Origin: Candidatus Saccharimonadia bacterium
Lineage (GTDB): Bacteria > Patescibacteriota > Saccharimonadia > Saccharimonadales > JALRHH01
Length of the DNA stretch: 64,000 nucleotides
Assembly: GCA_023253175.1 (NCBI GenBank)
Contig: JALRHH010000001.1
Span: 236,020-300,019 of the forward strand
Reading direction: 5' to 3'
Shown here: positions 57,524 through 64,000 of the stretch, piece by piece
Numbering within the stretch: the first letter of the stretch is position 1
Layout: the number at the start of each line of letters is the position of its first letter
The notes under the pieces: generated by a model
Databases searched by the model: none
The model's input: the letters and a program-made list of their open reading frames with translations, nothing else
What the model was told of the DNA's origin: nothing
Made by a program: the position numbers and the translations under genes

Positions 57524-58246
57524 ATGACCGAAAGATTTATTGTTCCAGAAGAAAACGGAGGTAATGGCTTTCTTGAAGACGCATGCGTTGTTTATGGCGA
57601 AGAGGCCGCAATGGTTATTTCTGACTCAATTATCAGTGGCCTGGGGTATGCTCAGGCGATGCTATCATTAGACAATATTGACACACTCAGGCTTCATCTT
57701 GCCGTAATGCGCCCACCAGGTAAGCACGACAGAGATCACCCTGTCCATGCATGGGCAAATGGCTCAGAAAACAGTATTGCTTTCATGATTAACCCAGATG
57801 CTACTACGGCCGAGATTGCCGAATCACTTTATCGTGCTGTCCCGCATGAACTTGGCCATATTGCGCATTACCGATGCAATCCTAAGTTTGGTAATGAATC
57901 GGCAGAAGCAAAACCGTATAACCACTTTAGCTCAGCAATTCAAGAAGGGATCGCAAGAAGTGCGGAAGTGCTCGAAAATCCAGATGCGAACATATTAGCA
58001 CGAGGCTTTTATAAGTATCGTCTAGGTATTAAAGAGGGGGTGAGACTGCTCTTAGACCCTGAAGCAACTGCTGACTTCGAGAGCTATGACGTATTGTACG
58101 GGAATATCAAAGAGCTTGATGATGTATACGCGATTGGACATTATGTCGTTTCAAGCTTAGCACTAGCTGAGAAGCGTGACTTTCAAGCTCTTTTGCGAAC
58201 ACCGCTCATGGAATATGTAGAATTTGCACAGGCTGAACTTACATAG
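57524..58246 (+). CDS. Putative zinc metallopeptidase (gluzincin-like) (cassette 7)
   Basis: VPHELGH (HExxH) followed by IQEGIA third-ligand motif and Y.IG. Confidence 0.7.
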   Translation: MTERFIVPEENGGNGFLEDACVVYGEEAAMVISDSIISGLGYAQAMLSLDNIDTLRLHLAVMRPPGKHDRDHPVHAWANGSENSIAFMINPDATTAEIAESLYRAVPHELGHIAHYRCNPKFGNESAEAKPYNHFSSAIQEGIARSAEVLENPDANILARGFYKYRLGIKEGVRLLLDPEATADFESYDVLYGNIKELDDVYAIGHYVVSSLALAEKRDFQALLRTPLMEYVEFAQAELT

Positions 58247-58287
58247 TTTCGAAGTTCGCCAGAGAACGGCAAAGCAAAAGAAAGCAC

Positions 58288-58734
58288 TTATTTGCTTGCA
58301 GTAGATGGGTGTTTTTTCTTTGGTATTATTCTACCTTTTTCGTCTCGCTCTGCGCTACGTAGCCCACTAACCATCCCATATAAACCTATTAGCAGCACAA
58401 AACCCGAGATAACGTATCCTAGTTGCCACCAAGCCCCTAGTGAATAGAAAAACCAGGAAAGGTAAGCCCCGATTGGCGTAAAGATAAGCCCAATTGCGAT
58501 CTCCGTCCCATCCCGCCGATGCTGAGTTGATTCTTTTATATATTTGTTCACGCTTTTATCGATATGGTTTAAAAGCGCGACTTTCTGCGCCGAGTTTTTA
58601 GGAAGTAGACCAAAGAGCTCGAGATCTTTTTTTATACCGTAGTGCTTTCTGGCAAAGACTTCAGTTTTGCTAATGAAGGCCACACTGATTGCGACAATGC
58701 CAGATATGATAGCTATGATGATCTCTGTGGTCAT
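58288..58734 (-). CDS. Hypothetical membrane protein
   Basis: 148 aa with three TM segments; convergent with the cassette array. Confidence 0.65.
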   Translation of the reverse strand: MTTEIIIAIISGIVAISVAFISKTEVFARKHYGIKKDLELFGLLPKNSAQKVALLNHIDKSVNKYIKESTQHRRDGTEIAIGLIFTPIGAYLSWFFYSLGAWWQLGYVISGFVLLIGLYGMVSGLRSAERDEKGRIIPKKKHPSTASK

Positions 58735-58931
58735 GTGCTAATTATATCGTAAATCAAGGATCCTATTACTATATGACACCAAGGACTTGGGCGGCACACG
58801 AGACCACTAGCAACTTTTACCAGCATGGGTGACTATCCTTCATTGAACCATTCCATTATTTACGCAAACTTTTTGCTTGTTTTTGTCAGCTACTATTTAC
58901 CCAACAGCTATTCTCTTTATCCAGTGAGTTA

Positions 58932-59120
58932 TTAACGAGAGAAAAGTTTCTCTATCGATATTTTTAATACACTTGCTAATTCAAATGCCAGAGAAAGACT
59001 TGGGTCAAACTTATTCTTCTCAATCGATATAATCGTCTGTCGGCTGACGCCAACTTTACCGGCAAGCTGCTCTTGAGTTAGCCCAATTTCTGTGCGATAT
59101 TCCTTAACTCTATTATTCAT
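58932..59120 (-). CDS. XRE-family HTH transcriptional regulator
   Basis: MNNRVKEYR...LTQEQLAGKVGVSRQTIISIEKNKFDPSLSLAF. Confidence 0.93.
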   Translation of the reverse strand: MNNRVKEYRTEIGLTQEQLAGKVGVSRQTIISIEKNKFDPSLSLAFELASVLKISIEKLFSR

Positions 59121-59524
59121 TACGACTCTCTTTTTTTCACGATGACCAGCTTGCCAATAAAATCTATGACAATAATTGCGATCGTCGCAAAATTCGCAAG
59201 CTGCCAGCCAATGACGTCAAACAATGCCAGTAACGTGCCGATTGTTATAGATCCGAAAGCGATCACAAAACTTGATGCAGCTGCGTCCTTGAGCCATTTT
59301 TTTTCAATCGTCTTTGTATTCCCGACCGGCCCAGCAACGAGTGACATCACTAGTATCGATAGCCCAACGATACCCGCCCCAAATACACTATCCCAACTTG
59401 CCTCGACAGGGAAAAACAGTATTACTATCGTGGCGATAAAAGTATAAACCGCGAGAAGGTAATAAATGTTTGGATAAAAATATCGTTTAGCTGATTGAGG
59501 TTCTTTGCTGACATTTTTGTTCAT
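59120..59524 (-). CDS. Four-TM membrane protein coupled to the XRE regulator
   Basis: 134 aa hydrophobic ORF, TAATG coupling. Confidence 0.7.
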   Translation of the reverse strand: MNKNVSKEPQSAKRYFYPNIYYLLAVYTFIATIVILFFPVEASWDSVFGAGIVGLSILVMSLVAGPVGNTKTIEKKWLKDAAASSFVIAFGSITIGTLLALFDVIGWQLANFATIAIIVIDFIGKLVIVKKRES

Positions 59525-59537
59525 ATTGTTCCTTACT

Positions 59538-59603
59538 ATGTAAAGTTATGTTTACATTTTTATCCTATCAATTATAGATATATATGTAAAGTAGACTTTA
59601 CAT
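59538..59603. promoter_or_regulatory. Paired palindromic operators
   Basis: ATGTAAAGTTATGTTTACAT (59538-59557) and ATGTAAAGTAGACTTTACAT (59584-59603) upstream of the membrane-XRE operon. Confidence 0.75.
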
Positions 59604-59783
59604 ATTACACATGCCTGAGGTGTTTAATATCCCAAATTTATTAAAGCTAGGGGGTATGTAATAACCGTACGTACGGAGTAATAGAGAGACCTTACGCAGG
59701 ATGCAGACAGTAAAAGCCACATGATATTGTTAATAACAGAAAATGGTGGTAGTGTAGGTTTAACTTAAAAGGGAGATATTTAT

Positions 59784-60329
59784 ATGCCACCACTTAGCCA
59801 TGGCACGCCAGAAAGCCATCCAGAACTCGAAACTAGAGAACAGATTAGAAATATAGAAGAGTCTATGTGTCGTGAGGCAATTAGTCTCTTAAGCAACATC
59901 AGATATTTGGAGCAACAAGAACTAGGCGGCCTTAAGGCAAGTTTTCATCACCGCAAACCAGTCGAATCAGAAAGTGTGCGTTATGAAACAGAAGCTCATA
60001 ACGGAGACTACGCCGTTCGCGCAAAGCTTGTACACAATGGAAGCAAAAAAGAAGACACTATCTCGCTGCTCACACAAGTCGTGAGAGACGTTGAACTCCC
60101 CGGAGAACGAGAGGGAGACGAACGAGTGGATGAGGTATCAATCTCTCCATGGGTGGAGCGAGTCCGCCTTAAGGGCTCTATGATTGGCGAGTGCGGTGTC
60201 AGCATTCTTGATGCAAATACCCGAATCATCACCCCCCAGCAACACCTAGAATTAGTCCAGAATATGAACGATACCATTACGCTTGTCGTAGAAAACCACT
60301 ATTCACGATTGTTTGAAACGGCATTATGA
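59784..60329 (+). CDS. Hypothetical protein (orphan)
   Basis: 181 aa, GGGAG RBS. Confidence 0.65.
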   Translation: MPPLSHGTPESHPELETREQIRNIEESMCREAISLLSNIRYLEQQELGGLKASFHHRKPVESESVRYETEAHNGDYAVRAKLVHNGSKKEDTISLLTQVVRDVELPGEREGDERVDEVSISPWVERVRLKGSMIGECGVSILDANTRIITPQQHLELVQNMNDTITLVVENHYSRLFETAL

Positions 60330-60576
60330 GAGGATAATCGCAATGAAATCCGGTTCAATTACAGAGAAAGAACCGGCACCAATCCTATGGCGAGTTTATA
60401 GAAGAGCAGCAACAAAGGAAGCAAGCCTATAAACTAGCCAGGCCCACGGCACCCAACTTTAACTTATAAAATCCTGTTGAAATTGTACCCATAACCTTAA
60501 GATGTGTAGATGCTGGATTCGATGTAACTTATTATCACAAGTTAGAAGAGTACGAAAAATATACCCACCTCATTTT

Positions 60577-61173
60577 TTAAAGCTTCTTGTAGGCAAACAT
60601 AATTCGCTGGCCTACGGTGATTGCCGATAGGATCAATAGGATCAAGAAAGTTATTGTAATAAGATTCTGATCAAATAGTTCAACGTGTTGCCATACGGCA
60701 TATACTGCAAGACCGACAAAGATCAGGACAAGACGTTCCGTGCGTTCCATAATGCCAACACTGGCTACTAGTTTACCTTTTGCCGCAAGTTCGGTCCGGG
60801 AACGAATGTAGCTAATTAGGTAAGTGAGCAATACAACCGTCAGTACAATCTCCCAGCCAACCAGACCCGCAAAACCGAAGGCTACAATGACTACGAAGTC
60901 AGCGAAACGATCGACCGTTGAATCAAGGAAGCCACCAAAAGCAGTTACCTTGTTCTGGGCACGCGCCACCAGACCGTCTAATAGATCAACTGCATTAAAA
61001 ATGAATGCTACGAGCGCCAACAGATACTCTCCGTTTACTAAACATACAAGAAATAGCACTGGGAAGATCAGTCCCAATAATGTAATAAAGTTTGGGTTTA
61101 CATTGCGAAGCAAGTGCGCGACAGGTTGCAGCGACTTCTCGGTGATGGGTTTTAGAACACTAAGCATTTGCAT
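60577..61173 (-). CDS. CDP-alcohol phosphatidyltransferase (PIP-synthase-like)
   Basis: VNPNFIT, DLLDGLVARA.....FGGFLDSTVDRFAD, ISYIRSRTE, VGIMERTER. Confidence 0.9.
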   Translation of the reverse strand: MQMLSVLKPITEKSLQPVAHLLRNVNPNFITLLGLIFPVLFLVCLVNGEYLLALVAFIFNAVDLLDGLVARAQNKVTAFGGFLDSTVDRFADFVVIVAFGFAGLVGWEIVLTVVLLTYLISYIRSRTELAAKGKLVASVGIMERTERLVLIFVGLAVYAVWQHVELFDQNLITITFLILLILSAITVGQRIMFAYKKL

Positions 61174-61248
61174 AGCAGTATACCTTATAGGGGCAACCTT
61201 CTCAATTCCCGGAGTGGCAGGCGGCATTTATTTGCTATGCTTAGGTAA

Positions 61249-62034
61249 ATGATTATTCTGCTACATACTTCCAAGACGATGCGTGATGACGTGTTAATTC
61301 ATAAACCAACTAGTACGCCGCAGCTACTCGATCAGGCGAGTGAGCTTGCGGGCTATATTGCCAAGCTACCACTACAGAAACTACAGAAATGTATGGCAGT
61401 ATCTGAACAGTTAGCAGAGAAGACCCATCAAACCTTCGCTCATTGGTCTACAGATCCGTCCGGGCGATCTGCCGTAAATAGTTTTGTGGGTGATATCTAT
61501 AGCGGTTTACAAACGGGACAGTGGACCAGTGATGACGCCGCGTTTGCACAAAAGCATCTAAGAATTTTGTCTGGACTATACGGAATATTGAAACCGCTCG
61601 ATGACATACGTCCGTATCGGCTCGAAATGGGCTATAGGTTTCCAGATGAGCCCTACATTAGCCTGTATAAGTTTTGGGGTGACACTGTCGCAAAACAGTT
61701 ACCTGAATCTGGGCCAATTCTCAACCTCACAGCGGTCGAATACTCTAAGGTACTAACTCCATTTATAGACAAAGAACGCCTCATAACACCCGCCTTTATG
61801 ACTATCAGCCCAAAAACAGGCGAGCCAACCTTTGTTACCGTACATGCCAAAATAGCACGCGGTGCTTTTGCAAACTGGATGATTAAAAATAGGATTACCG
61901 AAACAGCCCAGATTACAGAGTTCAATGACCTAAACTATCGATATGATCCTACGCAAAGCACGCCAGAACGCCCAGTATTTATTTGCAAAGAGTTCGGTGG
62001 AATCGGCCTCAGCATCAGACTGAAGAAGTCTTAA
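61249..62034 (+). CDS. yaaA: YaaA-family peroxide stress protein
   Basis: GDIY.GL, LRILSGLYGILKPLD.I.PYRLEMG, LNL...EYSK, AKIARG. Confidence 0.9.
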   Translation: MIILLHTSKTMRDDVLIHKPTSTPQLLDQASELAGYIAKLPLQKLQKCMAVSEQLAEKTHQTFAHWSTDPSGRSAVNSFVGDIYSGLQTGQWTSDDAAFAQKHLRILSGLYGILKPLDDIRPYRLEMGYRFPDEPYISLYKFWGDTVAKQLPESGPILNLTAVEYSKVLTPFIDKERLITPAFMTISPKTGEPTFVTVHAKIARGAFANWMIKNRITETAQITEFNDLNYRYDPTQSTPERPVFICKEFGGIGLSIRLKKS

Positions 62035-62483
62035 CCAAATAGTCTCGCGAGCGCGATGTAATCGCTATGCAGGGATGTACTGTCGGCTGCGATTTGGCGG
62101 ATGAAAGGCTTTTCCGTAGGACGAAGCATGTCCTTTAGAATTCTAAAGAAAATCATGAACGGCGTTATTTGTACTGTCTCCGAAACTCGTTCTATCTTGT
62201 CGACAAAATCACTAACAGCATGTCTTTGATCGGCAGTCATAGTAGGACGTAGGAGCCGGGCAGCAAACCAAGCTATAGTCAGTAATATTGTCCCGAGAAT
62301 TATCCACGTAATGATTACGATCAAGAGTATCCACCACCAGCTACTGATTGTCGTGAGCCAGATTCCTAGTCCCAAAAATACTGCCGATAGAATAGCGATA
62401 ATAACCGTAACGCCAGTTAGCTTGCGGCGCACAAATTCAGCCCCAACGGCGCGCGATGTTTTGATATGAGCATCTGCTTTCAT
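62031..62483 (-). CDS. Hypothetical two-TM membrane protein
   Basis: 150 aa, Trp-rich TM hairpin. Confidence 0.7.
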   Translation of the reverse strand: MKADAHIKTSRAVGAEFVRRKLTGVTVIIAILSAVFLGLGIWLTTISSWWWILLIVIITWIILGTILLTIAWFAARLLRPTMTADQRHAVSDFVDKIERVSETVQITPFMIFFRILKDMLRPTEKPFIRQIAADSTSLHSDYIALARLFG

Positions 62484-62500
62484 AGATGAATTATATCAAC

Positions 62501-63472
62501 TTACTGATTGAAAGAGGTAAAAGAAGCTTTTGCGACACGAGTAAAGATATCTGCGCCTACCGTTGGATCATAGACGCCAGTCCGGGACTTCGTAAAGATC
62601 ACCAGCACATAAGGCCGTCCGCCATTATCAACAATGGCAGCATCATGCATACGGTCCTTTAGATAGCCAGGCTTGTGATATACGGTTGTACCATTGGGTG
62701 CCAGGTCCGGAATATATTGCACCTGCGCCTCATAGGCTTGCTTCATGTATGACAGTAGTAAATTAGTATGTTCTTCGTTAAGGAGCCGTTTTTGATAAAA
62801 GTTGGACAATAGCTTTGCGAGACTACCGGGCGTAATAGTGTTCTTGTCCGGGTCGTAACTACTAAAGCCAATCTTGTTGGCATATTCTGCTAGTTCCTCG
62901 TGACTCATGACTGTGTTGTTGAAGTCGTGCCAAGCATCATTGTCGCTCTTCACAATCATAGCCTCCAGCGCAGCCTTAGCAGAGCGAGAGCCCACTGTGT
63001 CGTTCAGACTGTTTGTGCCATTTTCGACGTCATGCAAAAAGGCAATTGCGGTTAGAAGCTTTGCGGTACTGGCCGCCACAAAGGGATCCTGAACCCCGTA
63101 ATCATGCGAATCGCCCGTTTCGATATCAATCCAGGATACGCCAATATCTACAGACTTGTATTCCGCAATAACCGCATTGATCTCTGCAGAAAAGGCAGTA
63201 TGATCAAGCTGCTTTGGTGCTGGCGGTAATGCTTCCTTCTGCGGCGTCTGTGAGTTGCTGCTCGCTTCAAGCGTGTGCTCGTTACTACCACCCGGGGATA
63301 AAAACAAAAATCCGGCTAGGCCGACCGCGAATATGGCAACGAGCACTTTGCCAGTATTCCAGAAACGCTTTGGCCGCGGCGGAGCGGTGCGGGTACCGTG
63401 AACCTGGTAAGGGTAGCTGACGCTCCGCACTAGTTCCGGTCTTCGTGTTTGTCTTGGTGTATGTAAGCCCAT
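62501..63472 (-). CDS. Class A beta-lactamase-like serine hydrolase
   Basis: ASTAK (SxxK), SDN, HKPG, HDAAIV; N-terminal TM anchor. Confidence 0.88.
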   Translation of the reverse strand: MGLHTPRQTRRPELVRSVSYPYQVHGTRTAPPRPKRFWNTGKVLVAIFAVGLAGFLFLSPGGSNEHTLEASSNSQTPQKEALPPAPKQLDHTAFSAEINAVIAEYKSVDIGVSWIDIETGDSHDYGVQDPFVAASTAKLLTAIAFLHDVENGTNSLNDTVGSRSAKAALEAMIVKSDNDAWHDFNNTVMSHEELAEYANKIGFSSYDPDKNTITPGSLAKLLSNFYQKRLLNEEHTNLLLSYMKQAYEAQVQYIPDLAPNGTTVYHKPGYLKDRMHDAAIVDNGGRPYVLVIFTKSRTGVYDPTVGADIFTRVAKASFTSFNQ

Positions 63473-63811
63473 AGATTTGCAAATTAGCTTATATCAGTAT
63501 AACGCACCTTTACTCCCGTGGCGAGCCGCTTATGGTAGATTTTCTAATAGCCGGGCCGTAAGAAATGTCACTGAGCCATACCTGAAAAGACTCTATGATG
63601 TATTTGGAGTAGAGAAGGGGGCGTTCATGAAATTCAATAAAGATCACATGCACATCAACAAGCGAAAAGAGCACCAGACACAAAGCTGGAATCAATATCT
63701 TTTGTACTAACTGAGATAAGCATAAGCAGAACTTGTGAATTATTTCACTGCCTGCTCAGCAAAAGTCATATAGCATAGCAGTACCATCAATCAAAGAAAA
63801 GGGGAACTCAC

Positions 63812-63958
63812 ATGAGTAAAAGTATACTCAGAAACGTTAGCACCAAGGACGCAATGTCATTCGATGATTTGTATGAGGAGATTTCGAGCAACTGGCAAGC
63901 TCGCGCAGAAGACTTAATCCGTCGACGTGACGCAAGACTAAAGCGAGCAGAAAACTAA
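63812..63958 (+). CDS. Small hypothetical protein, 48 aa (not in ORF track)
   Basis: AAGGGGA RBS then MSKSILRNVSTKDAMSFDDLYEEISSNWQARAEDLIRRRDARLKRAEN*. Confidence 0.5.
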   Translation: MSKSILRNVSTKDAMSFDDLYEEISSNWQARAEDLIRRRDARLKRAEN

Positions 63959-64000
63959 CCCCAAAGTAATCTCTAAAATTCAACCAATTAAAATACTCCC

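Larger units (their letters stand above)
53901..58287 (+). repeat. Inter-cassette repeat family (copies at ~53901, 54434, 55040, 55948, 56579, 57409, 58244)
   Basis: Near-full copies TAGTT(C/T)GAAGTTCGTCAATAAGC.G.AGCCAAGCATAAGCACTTTG...AAGCA.AGTGTTTTT(TT)GTTTTGCTTATGCT.GCAAA at 54434 and 57409; partial copies elsewhere. Confidence 0.85.

Noticed and set aside
53886..58290. CRISPR array interpretation of the repeated spacer sequence
   Set aside because: Repeats are ~80 bp, degenerate and separated by whole genes of 0.2-0.8 kb, not 30-40 bp spacers; no cas genes in the window.
60343..60432. 29-codon ORF after 59784-60329
   Set aside because: Too short, with no motif or supporting context.
1..64000. 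Alternative genetic code (UGA=Gly, code 25)
   Set aside because: Core genes translate full length under code 11, and TGA ends genes at expected positions (e.g. the histidine kinase and dcd).

Overview
This window looks like a Patescibacteria/CPR genome, most likely Saccharibacteria. The basis is inference from gene content: a tmk-thyX fusion, N-terminally extended SecE and L1, a RecR without its zinc finger, genetic code 11, and many single orphan ORFs wedged between core genes. Core genes are secE-nusG-rplK-rplA, dcd and tmk-thyX, rplJ-rplL, dnaX-dnaB-ybaB-recR, a DHH phosphoesterase and cysS, two GT4 glycosyltransferases, two CDP-alcohol phosphatidyltransferases and two penicillin-binding/serine hydrolases. 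There are two tRNAs: Trp (minus, 14278-14353) and Gln (plus, 53648-53722). Two accessory structures stand out. (1) An ~11.8 kb element (2466-14284) sits at the CCA end of tRNA-Trp. It carries a large serine recombinase whose reading frame crosses the att core, so excision would swap its C-terminus. It also carries a SpoVG-like gene, a gpII/CRI-like Rep and defence cargo (two C5 methyltransferases, a restriction endonuclease, an ABC-ATPase and a HEPN-motif protein), and by eye it has no GATC site. (2) Downstream of tRNA-Gln is a co-oriented array of unrelated single genes (53.9-58.3 kb) separated by a degenerate ~80 bp repeat. The repeat combines a tRNA-3'-like head that often supplies the upstream TAG stop, a bulged hairpin/terminator and the next gene's -35 box. 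This resembles an integron cassette array with no integrase in the window and is the best candidate here for an undescribed system. All calls were made by eye from the sequence and the ORF track; no database searches were run.
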